A stretch of 64,000 bases of DNA from Alphaproteobacteria bacterium (GCA_964291215.2 OZ219790.1:896001-960000), one strand, 5' to 3'; shown: positions 22,156 through 32,525, counted from the first letter of the stretch. The notes: generated from the sequence alone by a model not told the origin. Numbers and translations: made by a program.

Positions 22156-23442
22156 TCAGGGTGTCGCTGTTTCCAGGATGCGGGCGCAGTGTTTAGAACG
22201 TGCGTTCAATAACTCGATCATGCGCTGCAGAATCGGGTGATCGAGCCCGTTGGCGCGGGTGTCGTCAACGGTCTGGGCAAACGCGGCGGGCAACATTTCA
22301 GCCATGGTTCTTCCGATGTCAAGGATGTCGGCGGGCGGCAGGCGCGCTTCCGTTGCAAATCTCGCCCAATGGCGCGAGTGAACCTCCTCTAGCAGGTATT
22401 TCCCACCGATCTTGATGGCCATCTTCAGCTTCCTGAGATCTGCGTCGTAGGGCAACATGCTTGCCACATCGTAGAGAGGCGCGAGGCGCCCGCGACCTTG
22501 GGGGCCGATCAGCATGGAGAAGTTCTTTGCGTGCGCGTCGGTGCCGCCGATGATCCAGTTCAGCATGATGGCACGCGCGAAGGTCCGTGTATCGTCGCCG
22601 GGCTCTCCCGAGTGCGTCCGGATCGCTTCGCTCAGCTCGGCGCACCCGGGGCCGCCCTCATTCTGATATTTCTTCGTCGGGGGAAGCCCCAGGACCTGGC
22701 ACATGTCTTCCTGGTGAAGGCGACGGATCGATCCGGAGAACCTGATTCGGTCGTAGCGTTCCACGATGATTGCCGTTTCGCCCGCGAATCTGCGTACTTC
22801 CGAGCGTGCTGCGGGCAATCCGAGTGCCCGGGCCAGCGTCAGGCAAAGGTGTTCGTTTTCGGCGTGACCGTCGAGCCCGTCGATGGGCGGTTTCAGGATG
22901 TGGGTGGTTGGCGTTGGGCCGCTGGGCACCCCCCAGCGCTGACCGTCGAATAGAAGCGCCGTCTTTGGCTGCGCGCCGGCCAAGCTGAACTGGCCGGTAT
23001 CGTGCGCCATGCGCCACGCCGCTTGATCTTGTCTCAGAACACGCAGGCGTTCGGCGATATCGGTTTCGGTCAACCATTCGATCTGCTGGTCATTGTCCTG
23101 GAGAATATCATCGACCCTGTCCGGCCGTACCAGTTGGATGGCGCCGGGGCAGTCCTCGCCAACCGCACCGAGCAATGCAAATGCGTTGCGGGGCGATACA
23201 TGAAATCGCTGTCCCCAGCGGGCCAGGATGGCTTCATTGTCAGGAAGGAGGCCCCAGAGCCAAGGCTCGATCCTGACATGCTCATGTTGGGCAACTACGA
23301 GCGGCATCGAGAGGGAAAGCGGATAAGCTGCATCCATGAACCGCCAGCGGTCGTCGTAGACGAACAGGAGCCGGCCACGCCGGTCACACCGGATCTCTCC
23401 CATGGTCCGGCGGTCGGCAATCACGACCAAGATATCGGTCAT
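22156..23442 (-). CDS. hipA: HipA-family Ser/Thr kinase toxin
   Basis: LSLSMP, GLLPDN, FSLAGAQPKT, GGTDAHAKNFS, LAPLYD; start at 23442 overlaps the hipB stop (ATGA). Confidence 0.95.
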   Translation of the reverse strand: MTDILVVIADRRTMGEIRCDRRGRLLFVYDDRWRFMDAAYPLSLSMPLVVAQHEHVRIEPWLWGLLPDNEAILARWGQRFHVSPRNAFALLGAVGEDCPGAIQLVRPDRVDDILQDNDQQIEWLTETDIAERLRVLRQDQAAWRMAHDTGQFSLAGAQPKTALLFDGQRWGVPSGPTPTTHILKPPIDGLDGHAENEHLCLTLARALGLPAARSEVRRFAGETAIIVERYDRIRFSGSIRRLHQEDMCQVLGLPPTKKYQNEGGPGCAELSEAIRTHSGEPGDDTRTFARAIMLNWIIGGTDAHAKNFSMLIGPQGRGRLAPLYDVASMLPYDADLRKLKMAIKIGGKYLLEEVHSRHWARFATEARLPPADILDIGRTMAEMLPAAFAQTVDDTRANGLDHPILQRMIELLNARSKHCARILETATP

Positions 23443-23729
23443 TTTCGATCCGACCGGGCGGCTTTCACGATGGCATCGATATCGAGAGGCAATATGTCGT
23501 CGCTTGAGGGAAGCAGGTGATCGCCAGAATCGATCGTCAAGGGAAGGTTCAGGGCGGAAAGGGTGCGGAGAACCAGACCAAGCTCGGCACGGGGCTTGCC
23601 GTGCTCCATGGCCACGACCCATTGCCGTCCGACTCCCACCTTGCGGGCGAGTTCGGTTTGGCTCAACTTGAGCTTGCGGCGTCGGTCGCGAATTGTCAGA
23701 CCGAGGTCCAGCGGGGTTCGAATTTGCAT
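23439..23729 (-). CDS. hipB: HipB-like XRE HTH antitoxin
   Basis: MQIRTPLDLG..IRDRRRKLKLSQTELARKVGVGRQWVVAMEHGK; directly upstream of hipA. Confidence 0.9.
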   Translation of the reverse strand: MQIRTPLDLGLTIRDRRRKLKLSQTELARKVGVGRQWVVAMEHGKPRAELGLVLRTLSALNLPLTIDSGDHLLPSSDDILPLDIDAIVKAARSDRK

Positions 23730-23737
23730 GATGGCCC

Positions 23738-23816
23738 CAATGTCGTCGAACGCCAACTATATATGAATGTCGTCGAACAAAGACAAGGCAAAAATATCTG
23801 CGTTCAACGACACATT
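23738..23816 (-). promoter_or_regulatory. Putative HipB operator repeats in the hipBA promoter
   Basis: aatgtcgtcgaac occurs twice (near 23739 and 23767), plus an inverted variant gttcaacgacacatt. Confidence 0.5.
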
Positions 23817-23819
23817 AGG

Positions 23820-25609
23820 CCGAAGTTCCAGAGCCGATCAGACGTAAGTGCCTGATAGAAATCACATTCAATAAATTTCAGCGGTCTGGGTACACCAGGG
23901 CTTCACGCCCAAGGTACACTAGGCCGAATTTCCAGAGCCGATCAGTCCTAAGTATCTGATAGAAATGACATTCGATACATTTCAGCGGTCTCGGTACACT
24001 ATGGCTTCACGCCCAGGAGCTTGAATGCCCTTCTCTGGAGCGGCGTGGGCCATGTGGTGACCTGGAAGGGTTCGGCGCCCGCAAGGCGGGGCGCCACGGT
24101 GTTGCGGGTGGCAAGATCGCCGATGAGGGTGCGGAAGCTGTGCCCCCTCCGGGCGTCCTCTTCGTTGTCGCCTTGGCCCGGGCGCTCGCCGAGACTTCTG
24201 CCGGCGCCACAACGGACGGCCGCCTTCGGCATCCTCGTCGTCGAACAGCATGGGCTTCAGTCGCATGTGCCATTCGACGTAGTAGGCGAGCATGCACAGG
24301 AAGACGCGGACTCGGGGTTCGGGTAGACGGGACGGACCTTCAGGTCCTTGAGGCTGCGGAAGGCCCGTTCCACGGAGCTCAGCCGCTTGTAGGCGCGCGG
24401 GACCGTCGAGCTCGCTCTGCGGCAGGCGGACCACATAGAGGAGCCTGGCCTCGGCAGCGATCGCAGCCTCATCGCGCCCATAGGTGAAGACATCGTCATC
24501 GTCGATGGACCACGTGAAGTGCTTCGTCATCCTGCCGATGACCTTCCGCTCCCCGATCTTCCCGGCGCTTGTCGCGTCGCTGCGGCAATCGGTGCGAGCC
24601 TCGGTGGCCTCGAGCAGTTCCTGGCGCTTGCGAGCCCGATCCAGCAGGGGGTTGCGGCAGAGGCGTTCGCCGGGATACGCATTGCTGGTGATCTCCACCA
24701 GGTCCCTCTCGTCGAAGAGCGACATCGTCGCCGGCCTCCACCAGTGAACGGATGCCCCTCAAGGCGCTGGCCCGCAGGCTTGACCTCCTCGCGGGCCTCG
24801 GTCCCCCGGTCCCCCACCACCTTCGCAAAGGAGAACCGCTCCCGCAGCGTGGCGATCTGTGAGGACACCGTGGCCGGGTGTTGCCGGGGAACACCTGCAC
24901 CGACACCCGTCCCGGTCGCACAGAAGGCCAAACTCGATCTGCAGCTTGCCCTTCTTGCCATCCCGGGAATGACCCCGTTGGGCCAAGGGGCATGCTCTCC
25001 CCTCCATCCACACGGAAGTCAGGAGCACCAGGCAGCCCTCTTCGAGGTGCCGCCAGGGGATCCTCTCCTGACGTTCCAGGAGCCGTAGAGGGCATTCTCG
25101 TCCAACTCCGCATCTCACCCAAGGCGCTGACCGCTGTCGCCAGCCCCCTGGCCAGCTTCGAGGCGGGCTCAAGGATGCGTGCCACGATCATGGCGAGAAC
25201 CTGATCGCGCTCGGGAGAAGGCTTCGGGTCGATCCGCCGGTCCAGTTTCTTCAGGGTTCCCAGCACCGCGGCGACATGGGGAAGAGAGCGGACGAGGCGT
25301 CGTTGAGACCTGCGGTTCCTCCCTTGAGCAGAATGCGCAATCCCTCGATGAGAGCGGGCTTGGAAAGGTTGGCGAGGGTGCGCTTCTTGACCGTTCCGGC
25401 TTCGCGGCAGGACTCGCGGAGCAGGATGGCGGGCGGGGACGAGCGGTTGGGGATGGATTCGATATACATGGCTATAGGCGGCAAATCCATGGATGTCACG
25501 CATCTAACACAATATTACATGGGTACAATCTGACGCACGAAAAATCAGATAAACCACGCTACATCAATGATTTGACGTGCATTTTAAACGGAATTTTCTG
25601 GAACTTCGG
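23820..25609 (-). mobile_element. IS1634-family element copy 2 with duplicated right end, degraded
   Basis: Outer IRs ccgaagttcc and ggaacttcgg; 6-bp TSD attagg at 23814-23819 and 25610-25615; second end copy starts at 23924. Confidence 0.88.
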
Positions 25610-25699
25610 ATTAGGGAGGGTTACGAAACCTCTCCTCACGGCGATCGTGATCGAGGGCAGCTGCGGTCAGCGCCCGATGGCTGTACCGCAGTACCGGCC

Positions 25700-26185
25700 A
25701 TCTCCGGCATGGACGATGGTGTCTCGGAAGGATGCATCAGAGCCTTGATCCGATCGACGATCTTCTGCGCGGGCCCGCACAGCTGGGCGATGGTCCGGTC
25801 GGCGGCGTACCCTTGGGTCACGTCGTTGGGGCGGGCGTGGTTGCCCAGCCGCTTGGTGAGCAAGGGGGGGCAGCATCAATTCGCGCTCGGCGACGGTGAT
25901 GAAGCTGTTGCGCAAGCCGTGGAACCAGAACTTAGCCTCGCCAACCTTGTCGATGCGGGCGTAGAGGTGGTGCGGGTCCTAGACATGGCGGGTGGCGCTG
26001 GTCGGGGATGGAAACATCCACTCGCGGACGCCCTCGGGCAAATCCACGGCGGCGGCCTGGCGGCGTTCGAGAATGGCTGTGAGCTGATTGGTGATGGGAA
26101 GTTCCACCCCCGTCTTGGTTTCCTCGACGCGGAAGGTGAGCGCGTCCATGTTGACCCGCTCCCAGCGGAGCAAGATGATCTTACG
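25700..26185 (-). pseudogene. C-terminal fragment of a tyrosine recombinase/integrase
   Basis: LRWERV, ETKTG, WMFPS, FHGLRNSF (HxxR), LGNH...VTQGY; frameshifted, no N-terminus. Confidence 0.8.
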
Positions 26186-26302
26186 CTAAATTCTGTTTGA
26201 TTTTTCGTAACTGCCCAGGTCTGCTTCCGGCGATCAGCCACGGGTTATGGACTGAAGCTTCCGGTCTGCTGCCGCGGACGCGGAGGCGAGCGGCGGGGGA
26301 TT

Positions 26303-27700
26303 TCAGAGGCGCAGTCTCGGGATCAGCTGCATGGGATCGGGATGCGCCAGGGTTTCGAGGACATTCCAGCGTTGCTTTCGGGCTGTTGCGATGACGGAAC
26401 GCAGGCTGGCGAAGTCGCGGGCGCCTTGCATTGATCGGAAGCCGCCCGAGATTTTCTGGCGCAGCTTGCCCATGCGGAGGTCGCGCTCGGCCTGGTTGTT
26501 CGAGAAGGGGGTTCTCGGGTCGGTGAGGAAGCGCAGGCAGCCCTCCTTGTATTTCTGGAGCCGGAGGGCGAGGTTGTGACCGATGCGGCGCTTTTGTCGT
26601 CCGTGCTTTCCGCTCTGGAGGGGCGCCCTCTCTTCGTGAGAGGCGATGGCCTGCTCAAGGATGCGGTCCCAGGCTCGGGAGATGCGGGCCACCAGTGAAG
26701 CGGGCAGGTCGCGGTCATTCTTGCGGGCGAAGCGGGCGGCTCTGTTGGCACGGCTGAGGAGCCGGTGCGTGGTGGCTGCCCAGTTCTCGATCTCGATCAG
26801 GGCTTGGAGTTCGCGCAGGTGATGGGCATTGCAGGCCCCGTGGCGCACGCCTTGGAGAGCGAAGTAGGTGGCGTAGTCGTCATGGATGACGATGCCGTTG
26901 AGCTTCTCGTCGATGTGGCTGCGCCCGGCGGCGATGCGCAGGATGGTCAGCAACGGGGTGCACAGTACGTGGAGCCATTGGGTCCGGGCGGCGATGCGGA
27001 TGCCGGTCTCGTCGAGGTGTTTGACCGGGGCCGCGGTGCGGATGATCTCGCCGACACGGTCGAGGAAGCCCTCGAAGCGCCGGGCGGTGCGTCTGCCCAT
27101 GGCGGCGATGGTGGCGGTTGAGAGCCTGACCGCGAAGAGGTCGCTCATGACTTCGGCGACGCGCTTCTCCGGAATGAACTGCGCGTGCAGCAGGTAGGTC
27201 ACCCACGCGGTGATACGCGGCCCGTACTGGACCGGGGCGCCGTTCGGGAAGACGGCTGTCGTCACGGTGCCGCAGGCGGCACAGAGGCAGCGGTGCTCGG
27301 TGACCTGCGGTTCGGGCACATCGAAGACCTGCCGGCAGACGGGGGCTCCGTGACGCTCAGCGGCCGACAGCGGCGCGCCGCAGCCCGCACAGGCGCAGGG
27401 ATCATGATCGACGACGTGGTCGGGCGTCGCGGTCCGCTCCAGAGTGGTTCCCTTGTGGCTGGCCGCCGCCTGTCGGACGTGCCGCGCCGGGTGCGCTGGG
27501 GTCCGCTCTTCTTCTTCAGACCGTCGCTGGCCGGCGACCGGGAGCTGGTGGTGCTGTCGAGCGCGGCACTGCGCTCGAGTTCGGCAATCCGCTCGCGCAA
27601 GTGGGCGTTCTCCCGCTCCAGCGCGTCGTTCTCCCTGACCAGCGCCGCGCTCAGGCGCAGCAGCCCCTGGCCCGGATGGCTTTGATGACCGTCATCGCCA
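26303..27700 (-). pseudogene. tnpC: IS66 transposase TnpC, frameshifted in its N-terminal third
   Basis: Coiled coil and DSTTSSRSPASD in one frame; QYGPRI, HLDETG, IHDDY, CNAHHLREL, PFSNNQAERDLR, KISGGFRS in another. Confidence 0.88.
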
Positions 27701-27773
27701 GGCATTGTGGGGTGAAAAGGTCCTGCAGGCACGCAAAAGCCTCGTCGTGGCCGGCGAGGTCCTCGCGCCACCG

Positions 27774-28433
27774 TCACGGGACCTCGACGGCCATGATCGC
27801 GGCCAGCACCGCCAGGCGTTCGCCCGCCGGCATGGCCTCGTAGAGCCGGCCCCAGTTGGCCGCCTTGCGCTTGATGCGCTGGCGGTCGGTGAAGTTCCGG
27901 CCGGCGAAGCGCGCCCAGTGCACCCGGTCGGGCGCGAAGTTGAACCACACCACCTCGGTCCGCACCCGGGCCTGGGTCGTCACCTGCAGCGCCAGCCGGC
28001 GCCAGCCCGACAGCAGGTCGTCATAGAGCGCAGACGGGTGGCCCGAGACCATCACCTGGCAGGGCAGACCCTTGAGCAGCTCAAGCAGCGCGACGTGGTC
28101 GGCCTCCGCATACTCGAAGCGGTAGCGCTGCGACGAACGCCGGGTCGCGTGCAGATAGGGCGGATCGCTGTAGACCAGCTCCGGGCCCAGAAACGCAAAC
28201 GACGCCAGAAAGGAGTGGGCGCAGCCATGCACCAACTCCACCGGGTAGTCGCAGCCAAAGGCCTCAAGCGCCCGCTCATCGAGGTCGATCCCGATCGAGC
28301 GCACGGCAGCAGGCTTGCGCTTCATCAGCGCACCGCCCCCCAGGTGACTCTCGATATAGACAGAGTGCGGCGGCATCAGCGCAATCAGCGCCTGGCTCAG
28401 ACCCGTCGTCGCCTTCGATCCGAAATACCCCAC
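27774..28433 (-). CDS. Compact Dam-like (D12-class) DNA N6-adenine methyltransferase, 219 aa
   Basis: GTG start with ggaggag RBS; YFGSK, ESHLGGGA (motif I), GIDLD, VYSDPPY (motif IV), VMVSG, TEVVWFNF; no frameshift. Confidence 0.88.
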   Translation of the reverse strand: MGYFGSKATTGLSQALIALMPPHSVYIESHLGGGALMKRKPAAVRSIGIDLDERALEAFGCDYPVELVHGCAHSFLASFAFLGPELVYSDPPYLHATRRSSQRYRFEYAEADHVALLELLKGLPCQVMVSGHPSALYDDLLSGWRRLALQVTTQARVRTEVVWFNFAPDRVHWARFAGRNFTDRQRIKRKAANWGRLYEAMPAGERLAVLAAIMAVEVP

Positions 28434-28879
28434 CAGCCGCTCCTCCCATGCGAGAGGGCAACCCATAGGCGCGCGCGCCTATGCAGTCAAGGCCGAGAGC
28501 AGCGACACGGCGAACAAAATCAGCAAGCTCTCTCACTTGGCAGGGTACCTGGGTAGTTACGATTTTTCAAGGCAGCACTTGGGTTTTGCGGGGGCGCGGG
28601 TCGGTGCGGGAGATTTTTTACAGTTTTCGCTGACTTTTCTGCACTAGAGTTGTCATGGTGCGGGGATGTCGGTTCACAAGCACAGCGCGTCCTGCCCGAT
28701 TCACGTCGCAGCTCCGGAAGGGTCTGTCCGAGCATCCATGTTTCCTGGCAAGGTTTTGGCGGGTGTCTGCGGTGATGTTTTCTGTGGCTGTCCACAAGCG
28801 GTGTGGGATTTGCTCTGCGAGCGAGGCGACATGAAGCTTGTGGTCCCGGCGGCGGGTTGCCGTCCATTGGTCACGTGAA

Positions 28880-29850
28880 CGCGGCTACCTTGCCGTCCCC
28901 GGGCATGGTAACGTGACCATCCGGGTTCCAGGTGTCCCAAGGCGGTTCGATCTCCTCGATGTCGGCCTCGACGATGATCTGCAGATGTTCTCCCCAAGCC
29001 GTGTCGTAGAGGGAGACTGTCGAGACAGTCCCGATCGCGCTCTCGGCAGAGCCGTGTCTCCTTCGCTCACTCACCGGTGCTTCAGGCAACGCTGCTGTCG
29101 CAGCAAGGTGTTCGCCAGAGCTTGCGCATCACGGCGACAATCGCGACCTTGCTTGCCGGCAGTCTTGAGGCGCACCAGGTCCGCGTTGAAGCGTGCCGGT
29201 TGCGGCCAGGAGATCGCTTGGCCTTCGGCGCCCGCCACGGATGTGCCGAGCACCGTGGTCGTTGGCGCCACCCCGATCAAGGCTGCCGACGCTGCCGAGT
29301 TCGGGCATCCAGAAGGGCCGCGGCGGTCACCGGATCGAGGTCAGAATGGTGTACCTCTGCTCGGGATCACCGGCGATCACCGCTTTGATCGCCGCACCGG
29401 CGATCATCGAGATCGGCCGCCGAGGCCCTTGTGACGGTCTCGCCATCCACCTCATCTGCCACGCGTCGACAAGCGCGCCACCAGGAGATCCTCCAGGCTC
29501 TTGAAGAAGGCGGAGCCACAGGCTCAAGATCGCCCAGCCGATCTTGGCGTCGACGCGGTTGGCCCATCGCCTCGGCGAAGCGCCCGCAACGGGTTGACGA
29601 GAACAACCTCGAAGCCCCGGTCATGAAGACACTGGTGAACCTTGCGGTGATAGCGGCCTGTCGCCCACCACCCGGCTCACCCCGAGGCCGCGAAGCCACC
29701 TGCCCGTGGCGTCGTTCGCAAAACAATGCGCCAGATGTCCAGACTGGCTGACCCCTGCTACTACCTTGACCATCGTCCCTTGCTCCTCGCCTTGTGATGA
29801 TACGGGTTCAAACCCAGGCATCCAGCGAGGGACGTCAAGGGAGGTTGCCA
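28880..29850 (-). pseudogene. Heavily degraded gene, possibly a P4/D5-type primase-helicase
   Basis: Weak fragments (FAND..WLRGLG..VGD, VFMTG, VADE, IKAVIAGDP) in the order expected for an SF3 helicase; no intact Walker A. Confidence 0.25.
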
Positions 29851-30132
29851 AACTCGGTTGCGGCTCTGTCAAGGTCGAAACGGCAACCTTCGCGGAGATC
29901 GTTTGATCCCCTGTGCGTGTTCGCTCAGGGGAGCGGAATCTCTCTGCAACCATAGCTCTCCCACAGATCCACATTTTCCCGCCCCCAACCGCTGTGGATG
30001 ATTTCATCATCAAGGGGACAAAACCTAGTCATATAAGGTCGAGGTTCGCGAAGCCCGAGGAGCATCCGCTGCGTTGATGGACGACTATCTCGGGTTTCGC
30101 CGTCTGGCGGGGCTGCGCTATATTGCGTCCTT

Positions 30133-31630
30133 CAGGGGGCAGTGGCTGGCGGCGTGACGGGGCCTTCAAGTGCCGCGACCGGTGGCTGGAAGCCGAAGCA
30201 GCAGTGGCTTGATCTGACAACACGCGACTGCTTGCGGCGCCGGGAACGTTTCCGAACCTTGCCTCCTTCTTTCTTGCGACGCGGCGGCTGGCCGACGATT
30301 GGGCCTACGGCCACCAGGTGGCGGAGACGTTCTGCGATCCGGCGCGTTTTGCGGGCACAAGGCGGCGGGCTGGTGTGCCAAGGGGTTTGCCCGCGGGCGC
30401 TACACCGACCCCCATGGTAAGGAGATTTTCGTTGTGCGGCGCGACGGCTGCTGTCGCAGGCGCTGCGGTAGCGCCGCCTGCCTCCTCGCTCCCCGGGGTT
30501 CCGAGGTGATGCGTTCGCTGCACGAAGAGTTGGCGGCGATCGAGGACTTCCGCCGCGCAGGAAGCACACGGTGTGCTCACGTTCTCGCCGAGCTTGCGAA
30601 CATGAAAGGCTGCCTCGCAGCTGCGCAGTTTGCGCGGTCGCTGTCTCAGGACGAGGCCATCGGCGGAACCCGAGGACGGAGCTGCGCGAGCCGCCCTCCA
30701 AGGCGACCCTCCACCGGGCAGTCGATCGACCCCGAGGCGCTTGAGGATGTACTCGGCCGCGGCCGCGGGCTCGCCCGAGCGCTTGCCGCCGACGGCAAGC
30801 GCATCCGCGGCGCCAACGGCCACCACGAGACCGTGGCTCTCACGCCTCCGGCGCACTCTTCGCGCTGTTGAATTTCGACGACGGTGAGCTGGCGGCCACC
30901 TCCTCGAGCGCACCGATGTCCGCGGCAAGGTGATCACCCGCACGACGCCGGCGGCGCTGATCACCCGGCGCTGCGGCGCAGACTATGTCTTCTCGGTCAA
31001 AGGCAATGCGCCCGAAACCTTCGACATCCTCGACGGCATCGACTGGGAGCCAGCGGCCGCTTCAAGGAAGAGTAAGGCCCGCCTCGAGCAGCGCGTGCCG
31101 CTCAAGGGCTTGATCAACTACCCGGCCAGATCGCCCGCATCAAGCGCTACCGTGAGCCGCTGGGAAAGAGCGCCAGCGGCGCAGCGAGCGGCAACGACTG
31201 TACATCATCACCTCGCTCGATGCGCAACACGCGTCGCCAGAGGAACTGCTGCGGCCGCGGGCCGTGGAAAACATGAACCACCGATACTGCGTCTTCGGCG
31301 AGGACGCCTGCCTGACCCGCAAACCGCGCCAGCCTCGATAACATCGCGCTCGCGGTGATCTTCCCGACGCGAGAACCTCGCCGAAACACGGCTGCAGCTC
31401 GACCGCCGGGAAGCCGTCGCAGCTCTGATTCGGCCCTGAGCGCCAATGGCGTCCGGCCGATTCCCAGACGCCGCCCACAACCCGCCTACATCCCGAAAAC
31501 AACCCGCCCACGCGCCGGCAACGCCGACGACGACGACCGCGGACGGCCCCGAAGCCAGAAAACCCGGCACGCCGTGAAACCTCCGGACAGCAGAAGACAG
31601 CAAAATTGAATGCAGCATGGGAAACACCTG
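30133..31630 (+). pseudogene. ISAs1-family transposase remnant with DUF4338-like N-terminal part
   Basis: KAAGW..KGFARG.YTDPHGKEIFV, then IEDFRRA, AADGKRIRGA, DYVFSVKGNAP, RDCVFGED-like fragments; boundaries approximate. Confidence 0.7.
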
Positions 31631-31694
31631 GGTAGCCGCCGGTCCGCGCACGAATCCCCTTGCGACAGCCTGACCTCGCGCAACTCCGGTCCGC

Positions 31695-32525
31695 TCAAAC
31701 CAGCTTGGCGCTTATGCCGCCATCCACCACCAGTTCAGCACCGGTGATGTAGCGGGCATCGTCACTGGCAAGGAACAGCGCTGCATGCGCGACATCCCAA
31801 CCATCGCCCATGTAACCGGTAGGACACTGGGCATCGCGCGCATCGATCATCCTGTCGACATCGCCGCCGCCATAGGCGTCCTTGAGCGGTTCGACAATCA
31901 TCGGGGTGTTCATCAGCCCCGGCAAAATGGCATTGGCACGTATGCCCCGGTCTGCGTATTCGAGCGCAATCGAACGGGTCAGCGGGAGTACGGCACCCTT
32001 CGTCACCGAATAGGTGACATAGGGCACGCCGGTCCAGCGAATGCCGGAGATGGAAGAGATGTTGATGACGGCGCCCCGGCCGATCCGGCGGCCGTCGGCG
32101 TCGATCCGGAATTCGTTGCGCTCCATCGCGGGAAGGGCGGCACGGCAGGTCAGGAACATGCTTTTCAGATTGACGGCGCAAATCCGGTCCCAGTCCGCCT
32201 CGCTGACCTCAACGGTCGGCTTCGGCACGACGATTCCGACATTGTTGTGGAGCACATCGACACGGCCGAACCGTTCGAGGCAGGCATCAACCATGGCCCG
32301 AACCTGACCGGCGTCGCTGACATCGGTGGCAAATGTTTCGACCGTTCCGCCATCCCGGGCGATGATCCCGGCGGTCTCTGCAGCGGCTTCCAGGTCGATA
32401 TCGACCGCCAGGACCCTTGCTCCTTCACGGGCGAAGAGTACCGCCGCCGCCTTGCCGTTGCCCCAACCCGGCCCAACCGATCCGGCGCCGACAACGATTG
32501 CAACGCGGTCCCGAAGCTTGCCCAT
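31695..32525 (-). CDS. SDR-family oxidoreductase
   Basis: VGAGSVGPGWGNG, NNVG, YSVTK. Confidence 0.92.
   Translation of the reverse strand: MGKLRDRVAIVVGAGSVGPGWGNGKAAAVLFAREGARVLAVDIDLEAAAETAGIIARDGGTVETFATDVSDAGQVRAMVDACLERFGRVDVLHNNVGIVVPKPTVEVSEADWDRICAVNLKSMFLTCRAALPAMERNEFRIDADGRRIGRGAVINISSISGIRWTGVPYVTYSVTKGAVLPLTRSIALEYADRGIRANAILPGLMNTPMIVEPLKDAYGGGDVDRMIDARDAQCPTGYMGDGWDVAHAALFLASDDARYITGAELVVDGGISAKLV

Larger units (their letters stand above)
26207..28560 (-). mobile_element. IS66-MTase element copy B (2354 bp)
   Basis: IRs gtaactgcccaggt and acctgggtagttac; perfect 8-bp TSD gatttttc at 26199-26206 and 28561-28568; contains MTase followed by tnpC. Confidence 0.93.

Noticed and set aside
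22156-23622. 488-aa HipA with a long N-terminal extension
   Set aside because: The extension overlaps hipB; the ATG at 23442 coupled to the hipB stop gives a normal-length HipA
27774-28433. MTase as part of a restriction-modification system
   Set aside because: No endonuclease or specificity gene is adjacent, and it lies inside IS66 IRs
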